Source: a virus
UHGV virus genome: UHGV-0018639
Length of the DNA stretch: 64,000 nucleotides
Direction: 5' to 3' (one strand)
The notes under the pieces are model-generated. The model ran no database searches, was not told the origin of the DNA, and saw only the letters and a list, made by a program, of their open reading frames with translations. The position numbers were made by a program, and so were the translations under genes. Positions 49,130 to 60,600 of this stretch are shown in pieces (the first letter of the stretch is position 1; each line of letters starts with the position of its first letter).

Positions 49130-50267
49130 ATTCTAGTTTTCCTCCTTTTAGTTCTACATTACGGGCCTCATAGAAGGCCTTGAATAGGTCATAGTTTTTT
49201 ACACGGGTTTTAGTCAAAGACAACCGCGCGTCAATCTTAGTTGGAACGTGCGGTCTTTTTGTTGTTTCATCAGGCAACGACCGGCAAAAAGCATAAACGC
49301 TATCACTATCAAGATATTCCTCAAAGATATCTCGATGGCGTGGAGACATTAGTGATACTGCATAGCAATTCATTAGGTCAATTGTTTTGTCCCATCCCAT
49401 TTTCTCAAAGTATTCTTGATCATAGCGAAATTTGATTCGAGAAAATGTGTGGCGAAAATATATAATTTGCTTGTGAATTAGCGGCAAAACGCGTTCATAA
49501 AAATCATCTTGTGAATTACATTCACGTGTAATGTCACATTCAAGTTTACTTTTCTTTTTATCCCCTGTTATATAGACATTTTCCAACATATCATTTGGAA
49601 TAAGCCCATCATAAAGAAAAGTAAAATAGTGCGCGGAAGTTGGTAAACTCATCCATTGGAGAAGAGATTCTGTGTTCTCCGCATAAACAGGAAATTTGCT
49701 TGAAACGTAGGGGTGAAAGATACCCCAATTTTTCATTTGCCTCAACAAATCTTGAACAGTTTCATATGCCCCGTTTATCTGACCGGGCGTAAAATCGTGT
49801 AGAAATAGATTTGTTTTCCCTTTGATGGAGGATGTTAGTTGTTTAGCAAATTGTGGATTTATTGTCGAGCCATTGAGCGAAAGCCGCAGATGTTGTGCTT
49901 TTGACAAGGACTCAAAAGTTCGTCCCATTTCTGTGCTTGTCTCAAATAACCGCCGCTGTGTCTGATAGATAGACGTATCAGGCGGCAAATTTTCAATTTC
50001 TGGTGGTAATTGCAGATATTGATTGTCTGAAAAAGCAAGCCCACCAGTTTCAACATTCTTATAAGCGCGGAAATCGGGGATAAATTCTCCATCATTGTAA
50101 TCTTTACGGTAATATAGCTTGGTGTAATATTCCGGCGCGAAAGAAGGCGTCAAAGAAATGATATCCCTCTTTTTGCGATAGTAAGTTGCCATCTTCATTA
50201 TTTCAAGGTTGAAGGCCGTGTGAGTAAAGTGCTTCATATCTTCATCATAAAATCCAATTGCCGCCAT
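49122..50267 (-). CDS. hypothetical protein (381 aa, no recognisable motif)
   Basis: ORF track, coupled between the dnaE and nrdD operon genes. Confidence 0.5.
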   Translation of the reverse strand: MAAIGFYDEDMKHFTHTAFNLEIMKMATYYRKKRDIISLTPSFAPEYYTKLYYRKDYNDGEFIPDFRAYKNVETGGLAFSDNQYLQLPPEIENLPPDTSIYQTQRRLFETSTEMGRTFESLSKAQHLRLSLNGSTINPQFAKQLTSSIKGKTNLFLHDFTPGQINGAYETVQDLLRQMKNWGIFHPYVSSKFPVYAENTESLLQWMSLPTSAHYFTFLYDGLIPNDMLENVYITGDKKKSKLECDITRECNSQDDFYERVLPLIHKQIIYFRHTFSRIKFRYDQEYFEKMGWDKTIDLMNCYAVSLMSPRHRDIFEEYLDSDSVYAFCRSLPDETTKRPHVPTKIDARLSLTKTRVKNYDLFKAFYEARNVELKGGKLEYV

Positions 50268-51759
50268 TTACTCACCCCTTACATGAGTTGTTATACGGCC
50301 ATATTCATCAATATCTGTTATTTCTTCAACCAGATGGTATGGGGTTCGGGAATATTTCTTCGCCAGAAATCCATCATCCTTTCTAATGCCACATACGATT
50401 ATCTTGTTGCCACGTGAGAAAGTGCTGCGACTGATAACGTGTTTCTTCCCATCAGGCCCTCTCTCCGAAATTTGCTTATCATAATTAGCAAATGCTTCGC
50501 CAAAAATTTTGACCTGAACAACGCCATCTTTTGTCAATAACGAAACAATTTTCTTTGCCTTATCCCTATCCAATACAGTTCCGCAAATACGATGTATTCT
50601 ATAAATCGGAACCGGCGCGCTATCACTATCCTTGCCGCGCGGTTTGAAGTAAGTCTCAACATCAGGCTGCTCTTTCAGTTTGAAGAAGTTTGAAAAGCCT
50701 TGCGCACGTTCATCAACATTTTGAAGTTCATGTTCGTGGAAATAACATGAAACGCTATCCATCTCCCACTTGCTTATTGAACCAAGACAATATTTATTCC
50801 AGATATCTCGCGTTAATCGCTCATTCACGGTATCTAGCAACTCATCATGATTTTCTTTTATCCACTTGCGGACATTATCCATATATTTCTTATAAATTTT
50901 GTCCCAAGCCGTGATGTTAATTTTGAAGCCACTTTCAGTTTCATTGCTTGCGCTCAAACAGTCAAGTGAAAAATTCTTATCAAGGAAATTCAATGCGATA
51001 TTATCTATGCCATAGAATGATGTGTCTAACTTCATTTTCTTGAGATACTTTGTGAAGTTATAAACACGACGCTCAAAATCAAGATTTTCGGGAATCAACC
51101 CAAAGTTTATCAACATTGCCATATTCTGAAGAGTGATACGTTTCTTTGTGTCGCTAATCAGGCTGACATATTCGCGCATTAAATCTACTCTATCACCAAA
51201 TGCATCAAAAGCTCCGCATTTTATGAGGTTTATCATTTGTGGCTTGTTGATTTTTACTTTGGAAAGAAAATCGGAGATTGAGTTATAGGGTCGATTTGCG
51301 ATTATGGATTTAACGATGTCTTCGCCGACTTTGACGATACCGCTCATACCATAACGAATTGTTGAATTTTCAACATCAGGAGAGAAAGTAAAAGTAGATT
51401 TGTTGATATCTGGAGGAGAAACCGAAATACCGGCCATTCGCATTTTACCGATTGCTGATGCAATTTTGCCATAGTTAGTCGTTTTGACTTTTTTCTTTTT
51501 CTTTTTTACATCAATTTTTTCTTCTTCGTCTTCATCTTCGTCGTCATCTTCGGTATCATCAACAAATTCTTCAATACAGTTGTTATAACTATATTCAATA
51601 ATATCTTCTGGCGTTTCGTCATCGTTCTCATCATTTGATTCATTGCCGCCGCTATCGCTAATCAAACACGCGCAATTCCAAAAAATTGTTGGAAAACGAT
51701 ATGCAAGATTCATTTCCTGCAAAGCCACAAGCGAGTAGGAAAGAGTATGTGCTCGACAA
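50268..51759 (-). CDS. dnaE: DNA polymerase III alpha (DnaE-type) exon 2 (..CRAHTLSYSLVALQEMNLAYRFP.., acidic insert, HhH GISVSPPDINKS, OB domain)
   Basis: ORF track 50268..51728. The frame is open upstream to 51759. Exon 2 begins UUGU.. after terminal G51760. The joined GYSF|CRAHTLSYSLV matches DnaE GYGFNKSHSAAYALV. Confidence 0.8.
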
Positions 51760-52862
51760 CTTACCGCACATAGTTTCTTATGCCAGATTTACTCTGTTGC
51801 GGTCTGGACTATACCATCAATTTCATTGTTTCCAATGAAAAAGTCCTTATTATAGTCTCTGAACGTTTTTCTTATCTCAATATATTTTCTATTCATACCA
51901 AAAGGCTTATTATAAACTAGAGCGATTAGTTTTAGGATATTGAACTGATTAGCGGTTTCAACTCTATATAAGCTATCTTCAGTTTTTCTTATATGTAAAT
52001 CTTCCATAAAGAAATTTTCTACTAAGATTTTTTCAATCCATTTGATAAATTCTTCAGATGCTGATACTATATAAAATTGAGCACCGCCATAAGAAGTTTT
52101 ACTGACACACCCATCACCGTCTATTATACCACGAATAATGTAAGGCAAATATCGCTTTTCTTGCTCATACAATTGCGGCGCCGGTATAATATATGTTTTA
52201 TTCTTTATTATACCATAACGGGCAGCCTCAGCTTGAAGACCCGGCCTATTTATCAATACCCTATATCGAGTTTGCTTTCCAGCTTGAGGATAGGCCTTAT
52301 AAGTTATTCCAATTCCTTTAGCTATAAAAGCAATAACATCTTCGTCCACCATATCCAACCCTAAGCCATCTCGATCGCTCAATAGATATCCATCCGTAAG
52401 CAGTAGCCCGATTAGATATGCATCGAACGGACTTTTGATTTCAGATAACGAATAGGTATATCCTCGACGATTATCTTGCGCTTGCCGTATAATTTCTTGA
52501 TATTCATCTGGATAATACTTTTTTACCTTGTCGGTTATAGACTTCTTTGTTTTATAACCATATCGACCCATTAGCTCTGAAACCGATGCCCCATTCTTAT
52601 ATTCTTCAACTAATTTTAGTTCATCTTCTTTTGATATTTTCTGATAACCCATAGTATATCCCTCCTAAGAATAAGTAGCCCTATTCAAATAGAAATACAC
52701 TAAAATAAGAAACTTCGCTGCGGATTATCCAATTCTAAATGATTTTACTATACCCTCTCTCTTTCTGAGAGGCCGCGATATTATTGCTAATATCGTTTAG
52801 TTATTTAGACTCTAAGGAAGTCCCCGCAATTTCAAGGATTTATACTCGTCTTGTATTAGTCA
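51760..52862 (-). mobile_element. group I intron (1103 nt) in dnaE with a LAGLIDADG homing endonuclease ORF
   Basis: - strand: an 8-bp P1 uacucguU(52870-52863):Gacgagua (rc of 52848-52841). P10 is uugu:acaa. P element aaauugcgggga (rc of 52821-52832). Q element aauccgcagc (rc of ~52716-52725). S gguauaguccag (rc of 51803-51814). P9 hairpin and terminal G51760. Confidence 0.8.
51789..52652 (-). CDS. LAGLIDADG homing endonuclease (two motifs LIGLLLTDGYL and IRGIIDGDGCV) with N-terminal HTH
   Basis: 287 aa with RBS aggaggg. Its C-terminal end overlaps the intron S/P9 region. Confidence 0.8.
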   Translation of the reverse strand: MGYQKISKEDELKLVEEYKNGASVSELMGRYGYKTKKSITDKVKKYYPDEYQEIIRQAQDNRRGYTYSLSEIKSPFDAYLIGLLLTDGYLLSDRDGLGLDMVDEDVIAFIAKGIGITYKAYPQAGKQTRYRVLINRPGLQAEAARYGIIKNKTYIIPAPQLYEQEKRYLPYIIRGIIDGDGCVSKTSYGGAQFYIVSASEEFIKWIEKILVENFFMEDLHIRKTEDSLYRVETANQFNILKLIALVYNKPFGMNRKYIEIRKTFRDYNKDFFIGNNEIDGIVQTATE

Positions 52863-55360
52863 AACGAGTACCCGCGCTGAACTCTGAACAAAACGTCCCA
52901 TACATAATGGGCAAAAGTCATATCACAACCTTTTTCTTTTGCATTTTCAAAATAGGCTTTTTCACATTCATCAAAGAGTTTGCCTTGTTTTTTTGCAATT
53001 GCCTTTCGACATTTATCTGCAAAAGTCAGATTATTCCCTCCGAGTCTTTCTTCCTGCAGAAGCTGCATCATTCCTTCTTGACTCTCACATATGCCACTCG
53101 TTATCGCATTATGTCCAATTAACCATTTTATATCTTCATTTTTTAATCCATATTGAATCATTTCGTCTCGCCATTCATTGATATTCAAACGATATCTTGC
53201 CCACATATCAAGTGGCTGCTCAGCTCCTTTTTCAGGAGCCATTAGACGAATTACTGAATTCAAAACAGCTAATTCACTAACGTTTTTAGGATGAGTTAGC
53301 GCTATGCCAGAAATGCCGCTCGGTTGTTCCATTTGAAACAAACTGGATATCTTATGATTCCAAACCATTTCCCACATTTCTGGTGCAGTTCGTTCAAGAT
53401 TATATATGCCAATTACACTTTCATAAGTTTCACGTAATGTTGGCTTTCGCTCTATATAACCATAATCACATAACAAATCTAGCTCATTGTGTATTTTATC
53501 AAGAGCTTCAATTGACAACATATCAATTTTGATCAGCGATGCGTCCTCCGCATCATGGAGTTCAAAAGCCGTAATGACCGTGCCATCAGGCGCGCGTGTT
53601 AGCGCTGTCGATTCCGTAAAAGGCTCGTCAACGAAGATCACTCCACCGGCGTGGACGCCAATGCCACAAATTAACCCCTCAATTTTTGAAGCAACTTCCC
53701 AAACATCACTGTAGGTTTTCATTGCTTCAACAAATTGCTTTACTGGCTTAAAACCTTTATCTTCATCACCCTCTATACATTGGGTAAGTGAGCGAAGTTG
53801 CCCGCGATCAGCTGGAATCAGAGATGCCAAATAGGATGCTACATCAACATCAATTCCCAAGCCACGGCAGGCCGTTAGAATTGCTGATTTAGATTTTTCT
53901 GTTTTGAATGTAATAACATTCGCAACTCTGTCTTCCCCATAAAACTCACGGAATTTCTGTAAAACTTGTGCACGACGTCCGCCTTCAATATCAGTATCAA
54001 CGTCCAATACCGACGCACGTTCGGGATTAAGAAAACGCCAATGAAATACTTGAGTTTCTTCTTGAATTGGATTTATCTGTGTTATATCTAATGCATATAA
54101 CAAAATAAATCCTGCACCTGAACCACGCCCCGGCCCAACAAGAGAACCAGCTTCCCAACATAAATCAATATTTTTCTGCAGATTCAGAAAATAAGTCGAC
54201 CAATGCGTGTGATTTGTTATCGACGAACGCCATGTATCATCAAGACAAATATTTATCTCATCATACGCTCGTTTGTTCTGCAAACCCGGCTTCCGTTGGA
54301 TGCCGTCAATAATCGCCCAAACCAGTTTTCTATCACCCCAATAATCAGAGTTATAGAAAGTTTCTAAATAAGGAATTTCATGTTTGAGAATATCATATGC
54401 TGCCTCATCTTCAGGAAATGTTTTCCAATAAAGTTCTGGAATTTTTAAGGGGCGCATTAGTGAAAAATCTTCACACATTTCACCTATCTTGAGAATATTA
54501 TAATATGCAACTTGAAGTTGTTCTTCGGTGAAATAATCGAAATACTCTTCTATTTCTTTCGTATTCATAAGATACGTAGTAGCATAGAAATCATCTACTT
54601 CTCGTTCACCATTCTGTGCATTGAGATATGCCTTATGAATCGCGCGATCTTCTTTTTTGAGATAATGGCTATCAGTTGTTATAACATAAGAAATGTCGTA
54701 TTTAGCTGATAATTCAAGCAACTTTTTATTTACATAAATTTGTTCTTTGTTATGACTTGGTTGCATTTCAAAAAAGAAATTACCGTGCCCAAAAAGTTTA
54801 TCCAAAGATAAAATCCAATTTTCAATTTTGCTATTGAGCGAGCTATCATTTCGTGCTTTGAGAAGCTGAGTAGGAAGACAGCCACCGAGGCAAGCTGTCA
54901 TTCCCACAATGTGTCCCGGATTAGCCCCTACGATTTCAAACAAATCACTATAATAAGTTGGCATACGACGCATACCACGCGCCATATAACTACGTAATCC
55001 TGCACGAGTAGATAATTCTCTAATTTGTTTATGCCCAATCGCGTCTTTTGCTAACAAAATAAAGTGATAATATTTATCTTGTCCTGTAATAAAATTCGAT
55101 GCATTTAACCCATTTCGACAAAGATAAATTTCATTTCCTTGAATAAATTTGAAATCAGGGTATTTTTCTTTTACTTTTTTATAATACTTTTCTGCCTTAA
55201 TCGCGCCAGATATTGACTCATGGTCTGTAAGAGCGACGACTTTATGACCCAACTCGATGGCGCGATCAATTAGGTCTGAGACTTTTATTATACAGTCTCG
55301 AAGCCTTTCATTAGAATAATCCGAGTGGTTATGTAATGACCCCGGATACGGAATATTCAA
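52863..55360 (-). CDS. dnaE: DNA polymerase III alpha (DnaE-type) exon 1 (PHP domain LHNHSDYS.., GRGSGAGFILLYALDITQINP, ..RGYSF)
   Basis: ORF track 52856..55360. The exon ends at the second U of UUU (52863); the D codon and stop of the ORF track are intron-encoded. Confidence 0.8.
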
Positions 55361-55423
55361 CTTATCACCCCTTTCCTTTATTTTCTAATATAATTATACC
55401 AAAAAATTCCCCAAAAGTCAAAC

Positions 55424-55891
55424 TCAAAAACTCCACTCCGCGTTTTCAACTTCAACGTCTACGATTTGCAATTGTGGGGTATAATTTCCAAGCCATTCGT
55501 TGACATTCGGCTTGCCCACAATCGTTAAACACATTTCAGGCCATTTGTGAAGTTTTTCAATCAAATCTTTCGCACGGAACTTTATGTAAGTAATTCCATT
55601 CTTTTCAATTCGTATCGTGTCTTGACTCTTACCAATTATCTTTACATCCGCAGGTCTTATGTAAAGGTTTGTTATCGCCATAAGACTTTGAGGATTGTTC
55701 TGACCCCAAACTCTCTCATATCGCGCGAGGTCGAATATGATGTTGGATATATCATTGTCGCTTGCTTTGCGGACAAAATCGACGTCGTAATTATTATCGC
55801 CAAAATCGTAAGCCACGAGTTGAGTGTTAGATAAGGCAAGAAGTTCATTATAGCTATTAGCTGGAATGGCAAACCCAGCTGCATTAGCGTG
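55424..55891 (-). CDS. recJ: RecJ-like DHH-family exonuclease, exon 2 (starts HANAAGF.. = DHHA1 GGGHxxAAG motif)
   Basis: ORF track 55424..55918 (GTG start). The frame is open upstream to 55891. Exon 2 starts CAC GCU after terminal G55892. Confidence 0.65.
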   Translation of the reverse strand, partial: HANAAGFAIPANSYNELLALSNTQLVAYDFGDNNYDVDFVRKASDNDISNIIFDLARYERVWGQNNPQSLMAITNLYIRPADVKIIGKSQDTIRIEKNGITYIKFRAKDLIEKLHKWPEMCLTIVGKPNVNEWLGNYTPQLQIVDVEVENAEWSF

Positions 55892-56135
55892 CGTGTAATC
55901 CCTTGTTTCCAAGGGCACTGACTATTTCTTACATATGTAAAACATATGAATACCCATTTCGGGCGGCGTACCAATAGCCGTCCTACTTCTCCGATTCGAG
56001 AATAGTCGATACAGGTTCCTTGTCGTATGACAAGTCTTCCCACGAGATTAGCATATCTTTCGACTTAGCTTTCCTCGTTAGCCGCGAATGCGACCCCACT
56101 GGTAAGTGGAAAAGGTATAACGGGCCAATTCCTCA
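55892..56135 (-). ncRNA. small ORF-less group I intron (~244 nt) in the recJ-like gene
   Basis: - strand: exon 1 ..GAU UAC GUA CAG GGU(56136) then an in-frame UGA, and exon 2 CAC GCU AAU GCA GCU GGG, give ..DYVQG|HANAAGF (DHHA1 motif). R-like guaucgacuauuc (rc of ~56006-56018). S-like aagaaauaguca (rc of ~55919-55930). P9 is cccuug-gaaa-caaggg, then terminal G 9 nt later. P1 is gggU:Gccc (4 bp). Confidence 0.6.
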
Positions 56136-57383
56136 ACCCTGTACGTAATCAAATAAACTAGTATCTAACAAATAATCCTTGAACGACGTAAGCGCGCTCT
56201 GTGAAAGACCTCTAATACTTCCCTTTATCATTCCATCGGGGCCTTCGCGGCCTATCATTGTAGGCTTATGATACCGCGCGCTAAGCTGTGTTGCAATCAA
56301 ACCATTCAACTCAGGCGGGAAGTTATCATCGTCATCAAGTTTTACAAATAAAATTTTGTTTTCAAGTAAATCATACTTATGTATCTTATACTCAAGTTGC
56401 TCAGTTGCTTTTTCTTTTGCTTTATCTTGGTGCGACTTCGCGTTCGTACATTCGCGTGCACTTTCGATTGCAAGCTTTTCAAGAGTCCCCTTCGCACCAC
56501 GCTTGCCGCTAGGCACAAGTTCCTCACCAGCAACAACTGCACGATAGAGACGTTTTTTCTCATCTTGTGAACCTACACGTATCATTGCGTTGATAAGCGG
56601 CGTTATGTAAAATGCGACAGTTGTTGGATTGACCTCGCCGCCCATTGAGTAGGACTGCTTTTCAACAAGAGTTTTGAGGAAAAAGTTTCGTATGTTGGCA
56701 CAACCTTGCTGGACAATGAACTGATTTTCGTATGATAGCATACTTACCATATCACTTATAATACCCAACGCCGCTAAGTCAATATATTCCCAAGCCCAAT
56801 TATGGCCAAACGCATCATCAAGCGCACGGCAGAACTGCCACACGACACCAGCGCCGCACAGGTCTTTGTTCTGATAAGCGGGGCTTGTCTGATTGTTTAT
56901 TAGAATCATATTAGGCGGAATTTCGCTTGTGGGTTCTAATTCGTGGTGGTCGATGCAGAGCACGGGACAGTCTAACTGTTTGATATACTCACCATCGTTA
57001 GTTCCCGCGTCCGGGACTATGACACCGCTCCAACTATGTTCAAGCAACTTATCCATCACATCACTACAACCGTGCTGTTTGCCGCTGTGTATTATCTGTA
57101 TAATATGCTTTACGGGATTGAGTCGCTTTATGTATTGATAAATAATGCCGCTTGACGTCAAGCCGTCCGCATCACAATCACAAATTAGCCCCAGTGGATT
57201 TTCATCATTCAAGTTTTGTCTGATAAAATCAATACCTTCATCTATATTATCCAGCGCGCGGTAACTCTGTAAGCACGACTCATCAGGATTCAAGAACAGA
57301 TCAACGTCTTCAATTCCTCTCAATCGTAAAATTTGTTCTCCATAGTTTTCATATATTCCATCGTTTGTCAATTTATATTTCAC
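56136..57383 (-). CDS. recJ: RecJ-like DHH phosphoesterase/exonuclease, exon 1 (DCDADGLTS, IDHH motifs)
   Basis: ORF track 56133..57383. DHH motifs I-III are visible. Confidence 0.7.
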
Positions 57384-58426
57384 TGCACTTTTACCCTCCT
57401 GCGTAGCAGTTCTCGGAAAATTTCTTCGCCCCTATCGGTAGGGCTGTCTTTTGGCTCTGTCAATCTATCTCTATCATAAATAAAGGAAAAATTGGTTAGT
57501 TTACTATATTTTTTACACATTGCATAGAGTTTATTAAAGTAAACATCTTCGCCGGGTTTTTCTTCGTTGTCAAAGCAAAGAACAACTTCATCAGGACGCC
57601 CAACTTTGATAATTTCGCGCATGGCCCACTTGTTTAGATGAGAGCCGCACACAGCAACAGAGCAGTTATTCATATTAAACCCCTCTTGCTGAAGCACTGA
57701 CTTCTCTCCCTCAAAAATATAGCAGATATGACTCCGCTTTATCTTTTGTTTATTTTGATAAAGTCCATATGGGTTCAGCGAAAGTGGATGACTATACCAA
57801 ATTCCTTCAACTTGAACTGGCATATACTTACCTACATTCTCAACTTCCCATTGATTGAGCGCACGTCCTCTTATTCCAACGAGTTCGCCCTTTATATTAT
57901 AATGAGGAATTATAATTTTGTTTTGGCTTATTGAATAGCGAATGTCAAACTTATCCATTGCCTCTTTTGTAATTCCATCGTTCAACCATTCAGGTGAATA
58001 AAACTTTGTGAATACATCAAGGACGTGCTTATCATAGACTTTCAATTCTTTCGGCTTTTGCGGCTTGTATTTATCTCGTTCACTGACATATGGTTCTACC
58101 AAAGACGAACGCTCAGCTATTGAGTAAGTAGAACAATTTATTGCAGGAAGTAAAATATCATTATGCCAATCATACAAAATGTTTCTTGTATCATAGTAAT
58201 GCTTCAAAAAACTAAAAATTGACATATTGCCGCACTCACTATAACAAACAAATAGATGAGTGTCAAAGTAATAATACAATTTTGGGCTTCCTTCGTGCGC
58301 ATTATGACAAATTGTTGTGCAGACTAAACAATTGTCCTTTCTTTGAACATCGCCGCTAAGTTGTCGGAGTAGATTTTCTACTCCATCTGGCGTTAGTCCT
58401 TTTACAATACCTTCATAGTCAATCAA
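57380..58426 (-). CDS. dnaG: DNA primase (DnaG-like: CHC2 zinc finger + TOPRIM IFEGEKSV...DNEE)
   Basis: 348 aa with zinc-binding C..C..H..C..C and TOPRIM acidic motifs. Confidence 0.65.
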   Translation of the reverse strand: MIDYEGIVKGLTPDGVENLLRQLSGDVQRKDNCLVCTTICHNAHEGSPKLYYYFDTHLFVCYSECGNMSIFSFLKHYYDTRNILYDWHNDILLPAINCSTYSIAERSSLVEPYVSERDKYKPQKPKELKVYDKHVLDVFTKFYSPEWLNDGITKEAMDKFDIRYSISQNKIIIPHYNIKGELVGIRGRALNQWEVENVGKYMPVQVEGIWYSHPLSLNPYGLYQNKQKIKRSHICYIFEGEKSVLQQEGFNMNNCSVAVCGSHLNKWAMREIIKVGRPDEVVLCFDNEEKPGEDVYFNKLYAMCKKYSKLTNFSFIYDRDRLTEPKDSPTDRGEEIFRELLRRRVKVQ

Positions 58427-59978
58427 TCTTATTCAACCTTTCTATCAATTCACTTATTTCGTTCGATTCACTATCATCCCAATTATAGACTTCAATATCA
58501 TTTACGACAAAATCATCAAGCGGTTCCAGCAAAGAATTTGTGATAAACAAATCTTTCTTTTTCAAACGCCCCAAATCAACATATGACCAAATACGTGTTT
58601 GCGTCCATCGGCCACTTCTTAACTTATATACGTCCGCAACTTGGTTTGGCGTTCCATACATACTAATGAAATTGTCTTTTAGAATTAGTAGCTCATCATT
58701 TGTTGGACGCGACATAATCAAACCATTATCTGCTTTATTGATAATCGCACGGCTGCCCGCGAGAGAAGATTCGTTTCTTATATCTTTATTATCATCAGCT
58801 TTCGCATTTACTTGTGTCGAAGTAAAAACCGCAACATTCAATTCAACAGCTAAATTTTTTAGTGCGGTTGTCATAAATAAAAGTAATTCATCATTTCGAA
58901 GTGCTGTCCCTTTGAATTCATTTACCAACGAAGGACTTATAAAGATATAGTCATAAAACACAACATCGACTTCGTTTATAATACACTGGTCGCGCACAAC
59001 TGCATTTATGAGTTCAATCGTCGGCTCAGGCATACGTATGACAATGAAATTCTTTTCGTATTGTTTCATTACTTCAAGAGCTTGCTTGATAATGCGCCGT
59101 TCTGCCTCATCAAAGTTTGCATATCGGAACCTGTCTTCGTTAATATCGGTAAGATAGGCTAAAACCATTTTCTGAATTTCTTTTTTCTGCTGCTCAGTTA
59201 TGATGAACAAAATTCTTTGCGTATTTCCGCACTGAATCCATTTGCCATTTTCTGTGTTATAACGAACAGGATAGGCAAGATAACAAGCATCCATTACTGC
59301 AGTACGCGTCTTGCCAAGGCCGCTACCCGCAGAACGGACTGTCAAAGTCCCTTTTAACGCGCCATTCATTATTTCATTACAAATCGCCCCCTGTATCGGA
59401 TAGCCAATTTCTTCTGTTGAGCCAAAACTTTCGACCAGTTCTTCAATACCATCAGCGAGACTTTCAATTTCAACTTCTTCACCAGCCGCATATTCACTTT
59501 CCAAATGAATAAGTTGTTTTTTCAACCCCTTAATAATATCTTGCGGCGTCAGTTCCTTGAACCGCTCATTTATCTCAGTCGCGCGTGGAGCCGTTAAATC
59601 TTTTTCATAGAATGATTTGACACTATACCCTTGCTTTTCAAGGTCAGTCATTAGATTGAACTTTTTGAGCTGATTATAATAAAACCCAAAGTTCTCTACG
59701 TCGGCCAGCTCAATCAAGTCCTGAACTCGTTCGAGTCCATTCGCCTGTTCAAACAAAGACTTTGACATTGGATCTTGCCCAAAAACACCTTCAATATCTA
59801 TTGGCCTTATCTTAGGAGCACCGCCTGTGTATAACATATAAATGGCTTTGAAGACACGCCTATCAAACTTATCCTCAAAGTCGAGTGGCGTCAGTGAATA
59901 TTTGTCCGTTTCATTCAACAGTTTGGGCTGAAGTATCAAACCGCCAAGAACTTGATTTATAGAAGTGCGGTCAGTCAA
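58419..59978 (-). CDS. dnaB: DnaB-like replicative helicase (Walker A SAGSGLGKT)
   Basis: 519 aa with an N-terminal DnaB-like domain and a RecA-fold ATPase with Walker A/B. Confidence 0.65.
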   Translation of the reverse strand: MTDRTSINQVLGGLILQPKLLNETDKYSLTPLDFEDKFDRRVFKAIYMLYTGGAPKIRPIDIEGVFGQDPMSKSLFEQANGLERVQDLIELADVENFGFYYNQLKKFNLMTDLEKQGYSVKSFYEKDLTAPRATEINERFKELTPQDIIKGLKKQLIHLESEYAAGEEVEIESLADGIEELVESFGSTEEIGYPIQGAICNEIMNGALKGTLTVRSAGSGLGKTRTAVMDACYLAYPVRYNTENGKWIQCGNTQRILFIITEQQKKEIQKMVLAYLTDINEDRFRYANFDEAERRIIKQALEVMKQYEKNFIVIRMPEPTIELINAVVRDQCIINEVDVVFYDYIFISPSLVNEFKGTALRNDELLLFMTTALKNLAVELNVAVFTSTQVNAKADDNKDIRNESSLAGSRAIINKADNGLIMSRPTNDELLILKDNFISMYGTPNQVADVYKLRSGRWTQTRIWSYVDLGRLKKKDLFITNSLLEPLDDFVVNDIEVYNWDDSESNEISELIERLNKID

Positions 59979-60550
59979 TCTTCATCATCCTCCATTGAAT
60001 AAGTCTTGCGGTTGTTCTTCTTTTTCGGAGCGGACTGCCGCACAATCTGTTTCTGCATTTCAGCTTGCTTCTTTGCCTGCTCTTCAATTCGCTTTATGAT
60101 ATCACTATCGCGCTGGTTCTGTTGCTTCCAATATTCGCGTGAATCATCATAAACATAATCTACGATTCCAATCGCACCATTAGAACGTTCAATTGAGTTT
60201 TTCTTTACGTCGTAAAAATAAACCAGCGCAAAATAAATACCTTTTGGAGTGCGTTTCTTTTTGAGATTCGATTGCCACTGCTTGTCAAACAACGGATAAT
60301 TGACAGCTATCTTCAAATGATTTTTCAAAAAGTAATATGTGCTATTCTTCCATTCTTCATCTGAAGCTGTATCTGTAATTTTCTTGCCTTTTCTCAGCTC
60401 CATTGCTTTTGGATAACATTCGGTGTGATAAAACCACTTTGTCGGACTTTCAATCCACGTGTCTTCTGGCACGACATTTCTGTCAAACTTTTCGTGGCAA
60501 TAGCGGCACTCGACTTCTCTCTTTGGATATTTTAACTGTGTTTTTGCCAC
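59975..60550 (-). CDS. hypothetical protein with N-terminal CxxC..C..C zinc-binding region
   Basis: ORF track 191 aa with a Lys-rich C-terminus. Confidence 0.5.
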   Translation of the reverse strand: MAKTQLKYPKREVECRYCHEKFDRNVVPEDTWIESPTKWFYHTECYPKAMELRKGKKITDTASDEEWKNSTYYFLKNHLKIAVNYPLFDKQWQSNLKKKRTPKGIYFALVYFYDVKKNSIERSNGAIGIVDYVYDDSREYWKQQNQRDSDIIKRIEEQAKKQAEMQKQIVRQSAPKKKNNRKTYSMEDDED

Positions 60551-60600
60551 TTTCTCACTCCTTTCATATATAAATATTATATCACAATTTTTTTAAAAAG

